A stretch of DNA of 20,000 bases from an uncultured virus (IMG/VR IMGVR_UViG_3300037067_013691) (Duplodnaviria; Heunggongvirae; Uroviricota; Caudoviricetes): IMG/VR virus record IMGVR_UViG_3300037067_013691; one strand, written 5' to 3'. Every line of letters begins with the position of its first letter. The first letter of the stretch is position 1. Shown here piece after piece: positions 1 to 10,168 of this stretch. The notes beneath the pieces are model-generated. The model made no database searches. It was not told the DNA's origin and saw nothing but the letters and a program-made list of their open reading frames with translations. The position numbers were made by a program, and so were the translations under genes.

Positions 1-3000
1 TATTCAATTACTCCTGCAACACCATAATCATTAAATATTTTCTTTGTATTATCACTATACTTATCATATTGGTCTTTTGTTATAGTAAATATATTCCCAT
101 CCACATCACGACCTGCATATAACTTATCTTCTACATCCCCAATAATTTTAGCACTATCATTAAACCATTCTTGCCATTCCTTAAACTCACTTGGAGTTTT
201 AGGTTTTTCAATAATTGGATTAAATTGTGTTACATTCTCACTTACTACTGGCTCTGAAATCTTAGGTTTTATTTCAGTTACAACCGATGGAGCAACACCT
301 ACATTCCAATCATTCTTCAGGACATATTTAATACCATCCCTTAAATCTTGTGCCATATTTCCACAATAAGGGCCTGAACACATCATTTGTGTTACTTCTT
401 TTGTTTTAGGGTCAATAGTATAATTCCCTGTTTTCCATCCTTCCCCTGCCTGTTGATACCATAATCCTACAACTTCACCATTTGCACCTTTTATCATAGC
501 ATACTTCATTAATACTGGAGTTTTACCTTTTCCAGAACCAACATCAGGAGAAGTCATTGCTTCAAAATATGCTATATTCTGCCCTCTCAATTCATCAGGG
601 CCTCCCACGTCTTCTGACTTACCTACCTTCGTTGAACTTTCTACTACTATTTGACTCTGTGACTTAGGTACAAATAAATCTGTAGTTATACCAGCAGTTC
701 TTAATGGTTTTAAATCTTCTAGACTAATTAATACTTCTGATTCCCCTATCCTTTTCAACCCTTCAGCATTAGGAATTTCTTTCTTCAATAAGTATTCTTC
801 TGCAACCTTTCCACCTATTTCTAATTCGGGATGTAAAGCTTTTCCTTCTGGAGTGAATTGAGAAATAAATCCTTCCATATATATAGAAGGATTATCAGCC
901 ATATCTTGCCTTAATTCTTCCGTAAATTTATCAAGTCTATAGCCATTATTTGTAGCTAAAGATTTATTGTAAATCTCTATAATTCGTTTATCTTTTTCTG
1001 TCCTATCTTTCTCCCTTGGGGATAAAGCTAGTTTCAACAACCTATTTGCTTCTACACTATTTAAAGAAACCACCACTGGAACTTCCGTTGGTTGTATGCC
1101 ACTCGCAATATTTACAAATTCATTTGTTTTATATTCTTCTATCTGCCTACGTAAATCATCCCCTTGCATCCGATTTGCCACATCAAGTATAAAATCATCT
1201 TCCTTCGTATTTATACCCTTTAACTTATTCTCTTTAGCCGTCTTTACCATATTATTTGCTTTTTCAATAGTAACATAAGTAATCGTAGGCATTCTGGTAT
1301 CTTCATCCTTAACCATTATTGCCCTAGCAAGATACTGATTAAAATCAGTCCCCGATCTCAATGAAGGATATGCCCTATTAAATTCTGCCCAAGTCATTAC
1401 CTTATTTGTGGTTGTATCTAATACATTTAATAACGTACTATCTGTAGGATTACGAAAAACAAATGCCCACCCATCATCTTTCATAATTTGCATGGAAATG
1501 CCAGGAGCAGTCACCTTAGCATATTCTCCCATTGGAACACTAAATACTTGTCCCTTTAATTTAACAGATGTGCCATCTTTAAATGTTATGGGATTCTCGC
1601 TCCTCGTAAATCCCGTAACACGATTAATACCTGATAAGAGTGTTTGTTTAGCTACAAATTCACCATATCGATCATATATTTCTAACGCAACTTTTAAATT
1701 ATTCTCATGTTCAGCAGGGTTATCTTTTGCCAAGAATACATTTATATCATTCGCAAATTGATCTCTTGCTTCTTTAATAACAGAATCACCATACTTATAC
1801 TTACGATAACTAGCTAAATCACTTATTTTATTTTTCTCTTTAACTTCAGAATTTAACTGTTTGAACTCGCTAAGATCAGTTTTATCTTTTTTAGCAACAT
1901 CTTCAGCCAATAGTACAGATACTTTATCGGGAGCAATCACAGACGCAGTTGAAATATCACCCTTCTTGTATACAGCCGCAGCTAATGATTCTCCACTTAA
2001 TTTATTATTACCTGATTCTTTTCTTACTTCATTAACTATCTTTACTCCTTCTGGTGTTAATCCACTTGTTCCACCTGCCACACTAGCAGCTATTTGAGCT
2101 ATAGGACTCAACGATGCCAATCCAACAGCACCTTTGGATGTTTCTTTACCTATAAATCCTGACTGTCCACCTCCAGGTCTTGACGAACCCTCATAACCTA
2201 CTAATACACCCCCTAAACGGGCTTCTTCACCATTGGCATTTTTTTCTATTGATACACCCTTGATACTCTCTTTACTCTCTTTACTCTCTTTACTCTCTTT
2301 ACTCTCTTTACTCTCTTTACTCCCACCCCCACTATAACCTTTACCACCACCACTATCACCACGGGAAATTGCTATCTCCCCCATTATAATCTTTTGTGAT
2401 TTCGACCAATCTTCTTTCTCTTCAGGTGTCATACGTTTAAATACATAATCAGATGCAGCCGTTAATGCTCGATTAATAGCGAACGCATCACCCATTCCTG
2501 CTGCTGACCCTGTAAATCCTTGCCCCAAATTACCCGCACCGGATTGTTGATAATAATAGAGTGGAGGATTCTCTTTATCTGTACCATCACCAAGTTTACG
2601 TGTTACTATTCTAGATAATAAATTCCTGTAATTAGACTTATAATTTTTAAACCATTCCCTATCTACTGCGGATACAGGCTGTATGGCAGCACCACCCCTA
2701 GTTACGCCCCTCGCTTTTTCCTTGCTCTCATTAATCTGTTTTATCTTTTCATTTAGCTTGTTATCATCTGACCACTCTTCATCTGATAAAGAAGCTATCG
2801 TACTGCTAGATAAACCAGAACGTAATTTATCATTTGCAACATCACCAAAATCTTTCTGAACTTTAGCATTATATTCTGCCATCAATTCAGCAAGTCTAGA
2901 TGTTCCAATCCCACCAATACCAAATGTAGCACCTTTTTCTGACTCCTTTTCCCTAAATAACGCATATTGATACGCTTTATATCTAGGTGAATCCTTGGCA

Positions 3001-3188
3001 GGAATCCCAATAGGGCTAATACTAACATACGTTTTTTTAACCTCAGCTTGTTTTGCAACAATTTGTGGAGTTTTATCGCCTATACGTGCCAATTGATCTG
3101 AAGTATATTTATTAGCATTACTTCCACGTGTAGCCTGATCTACTGTAAACTTTTGTGTACTTGTTGTTTTTAACTTATCTATTGCCAT
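1..3188 (-). CDS. Large hypothetical protein (>1060 aa, 3'-truncated by the window edge), possibly an internal virion protein
   Basis: ATG at 3188 lies just after the stop of the upstream gene (3190). It reads MAIDKLKTTSTQKFTVDQATRG... and stays open to position 1 (...DYGVAGVIE). It is missing from the ORF track because there is no stop in the window. Charged/Gly-rich; no family recognised. Confidence 0.85.
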   Translation of the reverse strand, partial: MAIDKLKTTSTQKFTVDQATRGSNANKYTSDQLARIGDKTPQIVAKQAEVKKTYVSISPIGIPAKDSPRYKAYQYALFREKESEKGATFGIGGIGTSRLAELMAEYNAKVQKDFGDVANDKLRSGLSSSTIASLSDEEWSDDNKLNEKIKQINESKEKARGVTRGGAAIQPVSAVDREWFKNYKSNYRNLLSRIVTRKLGDGTDKENPPLYYYQQSGAGNLGQGFTGSAAGMGDAFAINRALTAASDYVFKRMTPEEKEDWSKSQKIIMGEIAISRGDSGGGKGYSGGGSKESKESKESKESKESKESIKGVSIEKNANGEEARLGGVLVGYEGSSRPGGGQSGFIGKETSKGAVGLASLSPIAQIAASVAGGTSGLTPEGVKIVNEVRKESGNNKLSGESLAAAVYKKGDISTASVIAPDKVSVLLAEDVAKKDKTDLSEFKQLNSEVKEKNKISDLASYRKYKYGDSVIKEARDQFANDINVFLAKDNPAEHENNLKVALEIYDRYGEFVAKQTLLSGINRVTGFTRSENPITFKDGTSVKLKGQVFSVPMGEYAKVTAPGISMQIMKDDGWAFVFRNPTDSTLLNVLDTTTNKVMTWAEFNRAYPSLRSGTDFNQYLARAIMVKDEDTRMPTITYVTIEKANNMVKTAKENKLKGINTKEDDFILDVANRMQGDDLRRQIEEYKTNEFVNIASGIQPTEVPVVVSLNSVEANRLLKLALSPREKDRTEKDKRIIEIYNKSLATNNGYRLDKFTEELRQDMADNPSIYMEGFISQFTPEGKALHPELEIGGKVAEEYLLKKEIPNAEGLKRIGESEVLISLEDLKPLRTAGITTDLFVPKSQSQIVVESSTKVGKSEDVGGPDELRGQNIAYFEAMTSPDVGSGKGKTPVLMKYAMIKGANGEVVGLWYQQAGEGWKTGNYTIDPKTKEVTQMMCSGPYCGNMAQDLRDGIKYVLKNDWNVGVAPSVVTEIKPKISEPVVSENVTQFNPIIEKPKTPSEFKEWQEWFNDSAKIIGDVEDKLYAGRDVDGNIFTITKDQYDKYSDNTKKIFNDYGVAGVIE
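2265..2322. repeat. 9-bp tandem repeat (ACTCTCTTT)x6 encoding (Ser-Lys-Glu)6 in the large minus-strand ORF
   Basis: Six perfect units at 2265-2318 plus a partial ACTC; in frame as GGG-SKESKESKESKESKESKE-SIK. Confidence 0.95.
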
Positions 3189-3189
3189 T

Positions 3190-3498
3190 TTACATCCCTC
3201 CTCTACTATTGGATGTCCATCTAGAGATAACATACAACACTATAACTATTAAAAATATAGCCATCGATGGAACATATAATTGTGTAACTGCTTGTTCTAA
3301 TCCAGTCATAGGTATTCTGCCTGCCTGTTCTGCTGTCAATATCTTCCCCGTAGCATTCCACGTTGTCATATCTGAAGCATTAAACGTCTGGGCTAATGTT
3401 CCATTATCGGCAGTCCAATGTAAAGCAATACTTTGTGTAATAGGAACAATAATGAATATCCCTATCAAACACCAAAACACAAACATTACCTTGCCCAC
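3190..3498 (-). CDS. Small two-TM membrane protein (102 aa), putative minor virion membrane protein
   Basis: N- and C-terminal hydrophobic helices; the loop has NGT, NAS and NAT sequons; start overlaps the upstream stop. Confidence 0.8.
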   Translation of the reverse strand: MGKVMFVFWCLIGIFIIVPITQSIALHWTADNGTLAQTFNASDMTTWNATGKILTAEQAGRIPMTGLEQAVTQLYVPSMAIFLIVIVLYVISRWTSNSRGGM

Positions 3499-3932
3499 TA
3501 TGCACCTCTTATTAATCTAGCAATCATTAATCCAAATGAAATCAATACACCACACATAATAGGAACATAGAGTAATATCCAAACTAAATAATACTCATTA
3601 CGTATCATACATACATTATCTGTACTATTCCACTTGCCCCCTGCTGTAGCACATTGTGCCTCAGTCTTTGTACTATCTATATCATATAACCATGAATAAT
3701 CAGCCGTAACAGCTTTAATAAAATAGTCAAGTGCACTTTTAGGTGTCCCACCATAGCTTAGAACACCACCAACAGTAGGATCAGAAGCTTGCGAAGTCTG
3801 TATCTGACCCATTCCATTAATCATAGCAACCTGCTCTTCTGTATATAAGCTAACACCCTCTACTATATTACCAACTAATGTTAACACTAGAAATATAAAA
3901 ATACAGGAAATAAACCACTTTGGACTATCCAC
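3498..3932 (-). CDS. Membrane protein (144 aa) with N- and C-terminal TM segments and a Cys-containing loop
   Basis: ORF track. Hydrophobic ends, C-x3-GGKW-x6-C loop, tightly packed between its neighbours. Confidence 0.8.
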   Translation of the reverse strand: MDSPKWFISCIFIFLVLTLVGNIVEGVSLYTEEQVAMINGMGQIQTSQASDPTVGGVLSYGGTPKSALDYFIKAVTADYSWLYDIDSTKTEAQCATAGGKWNSTDNVCMIRNEYYLVWILLYVPIMCGVLISFGLMIARLIRGA

Positions 3933-3935
3933 TTT

Positions 3936-5708
3936 TTATCTCCTTTCTCCCACAAATATACCTGCCAACGCTATTACAACAAATGGAACTATATTCCACA
4001 ATGGAACTAACTTTAATACTGCCATTACTATTATTGTTCCAGCTACAACGACAATAGATAATAATAAATTATTATTACCAAAAGATGAATAGAATATAAT
4101 CCCTATTGATACACTAACCATCATTGCTAACATATACCAAAATGTTGATTTAGGTATCTCCCATTGATCGGCAGCAAAATTAACTATTGAATAAAAGGGC
4201 GTATTCTGCATATTGGTGTAATCAGGTGATTGAAACCACATATCTGATGTACTAGGATTATCAACAATATCTACCCCCTCTCCCGTAGAAGCTAATGTAG
4301 TCACCATTACCGTAGCATTAGATGTAGAATAAAATCCTGATGTTTCGCCCCATGCCATAATATAATAAGTAGTGCCTGCTGCTAAACCTGTTTTGGTAGT
4401 AGAACTCTGTACATCAAAATATACCAAAGCACCATCCGTTGTAGATGTAGGATACGAACCAGCTTTATATCTTATTAATGTTCGGCTTGAACCAACCCCT
4501 TTTGCCCATGATAAAGATACTGAATTAGCTTCAGGAATAACCACTAAATTTGTAGGTTCACTAACTCCAGTACTGGTAGTAAATGTTATTTCTGCACCTA
4601 ATTGAGTAGAAACATCATTTGTTATTTCTGCTCTAATATAATAAGTAGTACCTATTGCTAGTCCTGATATATCAACATATGGTAAATCACCTGTCTCATA
4701 ACCATCTACTGCCGTAGTATTAGATGTATAAACATTAGTTACTGTGCCCCGCAAAAAACGTACTTCACAAGATTGCCCACCATCATTACTTACTAACGCA
4801 TTTAATCTTGCTGTAGCTGAAGTAATTTGGGATACACTAGACGTAGTAATAGAAGGATCATTTAGCATTGTAAATGCTACCTCATCACCATACGCATATC
4901 CTAAATTATTATGTGCGTAAGAACGGTAGTAATATGTTGTTCCTTTTATTAATCCCGTCTTAATATAGGAATATATACCAATTGCACTAGCACCTTCTGT
5001 TGAATTAGCAGTATATGTAGATGGGGGAACTATATTATCAGGGTTCGTAGAATTTGACGTAGCCCCCCATACAAATCCTCTTAAATCAAGCGTTCCACCA
5101 TTAAGTCCTGTAACATCACCATTTAATGTCACACTATGTACTCCACCTGTATAAGAAATATTAGATGCAATATCCGTAGTAGTAGATGGTACAGTTGCAA
5201 TATAATCCACCACCACATAAGCATAAGTAACCCAATTATTAGAAACTGATGTCGCTTGAAATCCGAATTGTGCACTATCTACATCACTTTTTGTCCATGC
5301 CAAACCTGTACTTGGATTTGTTGCCCATGTATATGAATACAATACCCATAAAGTCGTTATAGACTGACTATGACTATCATCAATCCCTCCAATTCTAACC
5401 ATAGGTAAAATACCAACGCTACCACTTGGATTCTTTGCCTTAAAATAAAATGTCACTGAATTGATTGTTGCACTTGGAGTAGTATCTGCAAACTCCCATG
5501 TATGCGCTTTATTATACGTTAACTGAATATATGCAGTATCATCATCTGTGTTTATATTTGTATAATCAGCAGCCCCACCAACATATGTACCAAATATATA
5601 ATATCCCTCTCCTGTCGCTATTTGTGTAATTGTAGTAGCATATACAGGAGTAGGAACTAATCCCATAAGCATCACAACTAATAAACATACATATATTAAA
5701 TACTTCAT
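3936..5708 (-). CDS. Membrane-anchored surface/spike protein with FN3-like repeats (590 aa)
   Basis: Signal peptide (..PTPVYA), Thr/Ser-rich beta domains with GL.xGTTYY FN3 signatures, and about three C-terminal TM helices. Confidence 0.8.
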   Translation of the reverse strand: MKYLIYVCLLVVMLMGLVPTPVYATTITQIATGEGYYIFGTYVGGAADYTNINTDDDTAYIQLTYNKAHTWEFADTTPSATINSVTFYFKAKNPSGSVGILPMVRIGGIDDSHSQSITTLWVLYSYTWATNPSTGLAWTKSDVDSAQFGFQATSVSNNWVTYAYVVVDYIATVPSTTTDIASNISYTGGVHSVTLNGDVTGLNGGTLDLRGFVWGATSNSTNPDNIVPPSTYTANSTEGASAIGIYSYIKTGLIKGTTYYYRSYAHNNLGYAYGDEVAFTMLNDPSITTSSVSQITSATARLNALVSNDGGQSCEVRFLRGTVTNVYTSNTTAVDGYETGDLPYVDISGLAIGTTYYIRAEITNDVSTQLGAEITFTTSTGVSEPTNLVVIPEANSVSLSWAKGVGSSRTLIRYKAGSYPTSTTDGALVYFDVQSSTTKTGLAAGTTYYIMAWGETSGFYSTSNATVMVTTLASTGEGVDIVDNPSTSDMWFQSPDYTNMQNTPFYSIVNFAADQWEIPKSTFWYMLAMMVSVSIGIIFYSSFGNNNLLLSIVVVAGTIIVMAVLKLVPLWNIVPFVVIALAGIFVGERR

Positions 5709-5709
5709 A

Positions 5710-8700
5710 CTATGCGCCTGTCTTTAACCATACTTGCCATACAAATAATACCAACGCTACCGCTAACATAATTGCCATCATTGCTAACTCTGCCAAACCT
5801 GTACCCCACAAAATAATAATAATTGGCACAGGGATAACAATAGCTGCAATAGCATGACCAGCAGGAAAACATAGTAACGCTACTATGGCATATACAACAA
5901 ATCCTATTAACGTACCAACCGTACTACCCTCAATATTAAACGAGTTACCTACAGTAGAAAATATACGTGTAACTTGTGGGCCAAGCAATGTCCGCCATGC
6001 TAATTCTGATTGATACTCATGATTATAATCATCCTCATTTGGAGTAGGAGAACTGGATACAATTGTAAATAAATTAGGACGCACAACATCTAATTCTGGG
6101 ATACACGTTGAAAAGATAACACCACCACTAGAATTCAAACAAACACCACGCCCTGAGATATACTCAGTTAAATCAGTTGAATAATATGTCTCCATTAAAG
6201 AAGCAGAAGACCGCACCCACGAATCCAATCTAGTTAAATCTGAACCCTGCCAATCAGATGATACTAAAGCATACTCGGCATAAGTATTCGGTGAAAAATT
6301 AGCATAAATCCTTACCCTATAAGATGAACCCCAATCTAATGCAGTTACAGAGTCAGCAGCAAGATATATTGAACCTGGTCTATATCCCCACTCAAAACAC
6401 TTAGTTTGTGCTATAACTGTTGTACCATTAACCAATTGTAAATAAAATAATGTTGACACATCTTTAGCTTGGTCATAGTAAGGAGGATAAAAGTTCTTAT
6501 ATAATAATGTAATTAGCCAATCCCCTGTCTCAATGTATCCAGAAAAAACTTTAGCATCATCTACTGACAAGCATGGATTGCCCCATACTTCAAATAAATA
6601 ATCTACAGTCCATAATGATACCCACGATACACCATCTGTAACAGAATATCCCCCTGCTCCACCACCATATCCACCACCACTATCAGCTTGCCACATTACA
6701 TAATTTGAAGAATCACCTGCAACTGCACGTATCACAACAGCATATGTAGTATTAGCTGTAAGGCATTTCTCTGTATCCATTGTAAATGTATACCACGTGT
6801 AAGATGTTGAGAAAGAATTACCATCTAATTCACAATAAACTAAATCAGCACCCGTAGGATATGGGTCTGTACTATATGCAGTAGTTTGCGTACTCCAAAT
6901 ATATCCAGTTGCGTTATGCGAATAAGACCTATAATAATAGGTTTGATATGCACTAGTAGGAGCATCATAAGTCCAACTACCAGCCGAATAAGACCCACTA
7001 ACAGTATAATTAGTAGAATATGATGCTGGTGGATTTTCCTTTACTGGTAAAGTAGCATTAGAAGTATGTCCCCAAGCAAATCCTCTAGCATCCATAGTTG
7101 TAATATATGAGCCTGAAAATGTTGTTGTAGTTGGTGTTACTGTATTACGAATAGATACCCTGACAGTTCCAGGACTTCCCACCTTTTTAAGCATTACTTT
7201 TACAGTAGTAATAGAATGTGGAATATCAGTTGTATTAGTAGTAAATGTTTGATAAGTTAAATTAGCTGAGTTAATTTTGTTAGAATCACCATCACCACCA
7301 ATATTCCAATATTCATAAGGAACAGGAGAACCTTTTGTTGCAAATAACTTATCATCACCATAGTACCATGTTGATCCAAGTAGCATCTTAGCACGATAAT
7401 GATAAACAGTAGCCGCATTTAACCCCGTAACAGACCTACTAAATACACCTGAACTATATGTTCCTGATTCTACACTAGAATAACCATAAGAAGAATTTAA
7501 ACCATAATCAAACCCTACTTGTGAAACTGTAAGTGTAGATGATACTACTAACAAACCATTTAATATTGCCGTAGTCTGTGTAAATCCTGTTACTCCTTTG
7601 GTAGTAACTGAATTTTCATATGGGGTAGAAATACAACCAGTATATGTATCAGAATACTGTGAAAGTACACCATCATAACACCATGTCCATGCTCTAAAAT
7701 AATACGCTGTACCATTTATCAATCCCATTTGGACATAATTTGTTCCAGTAGAATTGTATGATAGAGTGCCATCCGTAACATCCGCAGGATATCCACCTGT
7801 TTTATATCTAATTACAGTATGAACAACTGTACCTGTACCCGCAACTGCATTTGTCCATGTTAAATCTATAGCAGAATTATTTGATGTACAGGTGAATCCA
7901 GTTGGCTCTGTAGGCTTGGTTAAAAATGTTTCCTCGCCACCCCATCCATATCCTGTAACATTATATGAATATGCTCTTTCATAATACCTATCACCAGATG
8001 TTAATCCTGTCTTATTATAAGAAAATGCTCCTGTTGAGAAAACTCCCACTTCTGTATAATTTGACGTATAAGAGGCTGGAGGAACTTCATTTACTGGTAA
8101 CGTACTATTAGATGTTGTCCCCCATGCAAATCCTCTCATTGTAGGATTTAATGCATCAATTATTTGTCCATTCATTGTAGAAGTGGTTTCTTCCACTAAT
8201 GTAGTTGTATTAGTTGTAGTGATAGGAACAGGAGAGGGAAGAGTATACTCAATATGTAATTTAGCACATTTAGTAGTTGACCCATCATAAGTATAAACAT
8301 CCCTGTAAGTATTATTAACAGCAGTAGAACTTCCTGCATGGTCGTCCCAAAATAAAACCATAGCATTCCCACTCACCCATCCTCCCCGTGACACTATCTC
8401 TTGAATTATTGTCTTAATTTCAGGTGAATTATATGCCGTATTTGCAGTCCAAGCAGGAATCCCATTCCATGTCACAGATGCAGTAGTAATATAGTTATTA
8501 TTCGCACCCGCAACAATTGTTCCTCTCCTCGCCTGATAATTAGCTAATGTAGAAAATACAGCAGCATTATCTTCATCATCACCAATAATTACTGAGTTTA
8601 CTACTGTATTTGATAATGATGTGACTGCCGTATAGGTTAAATACGATGTAGTAATAGTTCCTGTATTTGGGATAGTAACATTGAGAAAACGATATCCACC

Positions 8701-9603
8701 CCCAAACTTAAAACCAGCAGCACTATAACATCCTACATCAGATGATGTAATTGCTATACCATCTGTAGCCCAAGCAGAACCATTCCAATAAACACGCATA
8801 TCTCCTGCGCTTGCACCTACTATTAAATCAAGAGTAGGGTCTATTTCTATTGGATATTTAGATACTTTACCTTTATCTATATTCTCTATTAAAACATTAT
8901 TTATATAAGAAGTATCTACTTTAATATTATCTACACCACCATCTCTTGCCTGATAATCTACCTTTATACCACTGCCACTCTTAGTTAAATTAAAAGTGGC
9001 TTTAGTTGGTGCAGCAGACGATTTAAGTATTCTCTTAAACCGTACCATTGAATTAGATGCCTCTAATATTATATCAGTATCAATTGCAACATCTTTAAAT
9101 GTAACCTTACCACTTTCTACGATTGCTGATTGTATCGGGATAGATTTATCATCTATTTGAGTAATTTTAATATCAACTATTGAACCAGTTCGTTTATCTT
9201 TAACTATTATAGACTTATTCTGATAATCTATTGATAGTTCATATGGTGCTTTTGTGATTTTACCATCAACAATAGTTAAATCAATATCTTTCCACTGCTC
9301 TACAGAACTATCATAATTATCTTTATAATGTATAGGAGCTAATGCGATATCTGTAGAATACTTACCACCACCAAGATAGATTATTTTACAATTCTCTGTA
9401 CGATTTCCAATAATTTCCTGATTAGGAAAATATTTAATTCCCCCTACTACCACTACATCTTCTGTTACTGATGGTTTATTTAAGAAGGGAAACAATAACC
9501 CTAACGGGTCAGCAGCTTGAACAGGTTGAGGTATCACCATTAACAATGTAACGATGACCAACAACAAAGAATTGACCCATCTTACCTTTTGCCAATTCTG
9601 CAT
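5710..9603 (-). CDS. Large membrane-anchored surface/spike protein (1297 aa): WapA/RHS-like N-terminal module, FN3-like repeats, C-terminal TM bundle
   Basis: Signal peptide (..QPVQAA); RTEN..PIHYK..W.DID..YPIEIDPT module; repeated GL..GT.YYFRA FN3 motifs; three hydrophobic helices at the C-terminus. Confidence 0.8.
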   Translation of the reverse strand: MQNWQKVRWVNSLLLVIVTLLMVIPQPVQAADPLGLLFPFLNKPSVTEDVVVVGGIKYFPNQEIIGNRTENCKIIYLGGGKYSTDIALAPIHYKDNYDSSVEQWKDIDLTIVDGKITKAPYELSIDYQNKSIIVKDKRTGSIVDIKITQIDDKSIPIQSAIVESGKVTFKDVAIDTDIILEASNSMVRFKRILKSSAAPTKATFNLTKSGSGIKVDYQARDGGVDNIKVDTSYINNVLIENIDKGKVSKYPIEIDPTLDLIVGASAGDMRVYWNGSAWATDGIAITSSDVGCYSAAGFKFGGGYRFLNVTIPNTGTITTSYLTYTAVTSLSNTVVNSVIIGDDEDNAAVFSTLANYQARRGTIVAGANNNYITTASVTWNGIPAWTANTAYNSPEIKTIIQEIVSRGGWVSGNAMVLFWDDHAGSSTAVNNTYRDVYTYDGSTTKCAKLHIEYTLPSPVPITTTNTTTLVEETTSTMNGQIIDALNPTMRGFAWGTTSNSTLPVNEVPPASYTSNYTEVGVFSTGAFSYNKTGLTSGDRYYERAYSYNVTGYGWGGEETFLTKPTEPTGFTCTSNNSAIDLTWTNAVAGTGTVVHTVIRYKTGGYPADVTDGTLSYNSTGTNYVQMGLINGTAYYFRAWTWCYDGVLSQYSDTYTGCISTPYENSVTTKGVTGFTQTTAILNGLLVVSSTLTVSQVGFDYGLNSSYGYSSVESGTYSSGVFSRSVTGLNAATVYHYRAKMLLGSTWYYGDDKLFATKGSPVPYEYWNIGGDGDSNKINSANLTYQTFTTNTTDIPHSITTVKVMLKKVGSPGTVRVSIRNTVTPTTTTFSGSYITTMDARGFAWGHTSNATLPVKENPPASYSTNYTVSGSYSAGSWTYDAPTSAYQTYYYRSYSHNATGYIWSTQTTAYSTDPYPTGADLVYCELDGNSFSTSYTWYTFTMDTEKCLTANTTYAVVIRAVAGDSSNYVMWQADSGGGYGGGAGGYSVTDGVSWVSLWTVDYLFEVWGNPCLSVDDAKVFSGYIETGDWLITLLYKNFYPPYYDQAKDVSTLFYLQLVNGTTVIAQTKCFEWGYRPGSIYLAADSVTALDWGSSYRVRIYANFSPNTYAEYALVSSDWQGSDLTRLDSWVRSSASLMETYYSTDLTEYISGRGVCLNSSGGVIFSTCIPELDVVRPNLFTIVSSSPTPNEDDYNHEYQSELAWRTLLGPQVTRIFSTVGNSFNIEGSTVGTLIGFVVYAIVALLCFPAGHAIAAIVIPVPIIIILWGTGLAELAMMAIMLAVALVLFVWQVWLKTGA

Positions 9604-9794
9604 TTGCCCTCAAAATACTGATAATCTGCCCTTGCTGTTTTTTGAATCTTAGGGTCTTTAGACTTATACATTAAATAACGACAAAATCTAGCAGAACCAT
9701 CATATCCACCCTTGCTTGCTAATATTTTATATCGTCTCTGTCTCTGTGTATCAGTCTTATCCCAAACAAATGGCTGATGTGGACGTATCCTCAT
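9582..9794 (-). CDS. Small basic protein (70 aa)
   Basis: ORF track. Arg/Lys-rich; starts 3 nt after the upstream stop and overlaps the spike gene start. Confidence 0.65.
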   Translation of the reverse strand: MRIRPHQPFVWDKTDTQRQRRYKILASKGGYDGSARFCRYLMYKSKDPKIQKTARADYQYFEGKCRIGKR

Positions 9795-9797
9795 TCT

Positions 9798-9947
9798 TTA
9801 ACCCTTAAATAAACCTTTTAAATTACCTTTACCACTACTAAATGTCTTTTTAAAATCAGCGTTCAATTGACCAATAGACTTAGTTACAATTTTCTTGTTA
9901 ACAAATTTATCCAACTTAGAAACCTTACGTTTTGTTTTCTTTGGCAC
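9798..9947 (-). CDS. Small Lys-rich peptide (49 aa, MPKKTKRKVSKLDKFVNKK...LFKG)
   Basis: Hand translation. GTG start with GGGGG SD; fills the gap between flanking ORFs almost exactly. Confidence 0.65.
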   Translation of the reverse strand: MPKKTKRKVSKLDKFVNKKIVTKSIGQLNADFKKTFSSGKGNLKGLFKG

Positions 9948-9948
9948 T

Positions 9949-10056
9949 TTAGTTTCCCCCTTTATTAATATTCTTATTTCTGTTCCGTTTTAATGTCTTG
10001 CGATACTTATGCTTACACATCTTTTTTATGTGCCATTTCAAACCATTTTTACTCAT
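9949..10056 (-). CDS. 35-aa basic peptide resembling ribosomal protein bS22/mS38 (COX24/AURKAIP1 C-terminal family)
   Basis: MSKNGLKWHIKKMCKHKYRKTLKRNRNKNINKGGN. The KKMxKHKYRKxLKRxR core matches my recollection of that family's motif. ATGA overlap with the upstream ORF. Confidence 0.55.
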   Translation of the reverse strand: MSKNGLKWHIKKMCKHKYRKTLKRNRNKNINKGGN

Positions 10057-10139
10057 CTCAAACTAGCACGATGCTTTGATTTTATCTTAGCACCAGTATG
10101 ATACTTCTTACACTTACAACAATATCGTTTCTTAACCAT
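10053..10139 (-). CDS. 28-aa basic Cys/His peptide (MVKKRYCCKCKKYHTGAKIKSKHRASLR)
   Basis: Hand translation. AGGGA SD upstream; its stop overlaps the next ATG (ATGA). Confidence 0.6.
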   Translation of the reverse strand: MVKKRYCCKCKKYHTGAKIKSKHRASLR

Positions 10140-10168
10140 CTTTATTATCCCTACATTTATTTTATAGT

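Noticed and set aside
2265..2322. CRISPR array or replication-origin iterons
   Set aside because: No spacers; it is an in-frame coding microsatellite.
1096..3520. Plus-strand ORFs 1096-1278, 1408-1761, 1861-2097 and 3155-3520
   Set aside because: Antisense shadows of the contiguous minus-strand operon.
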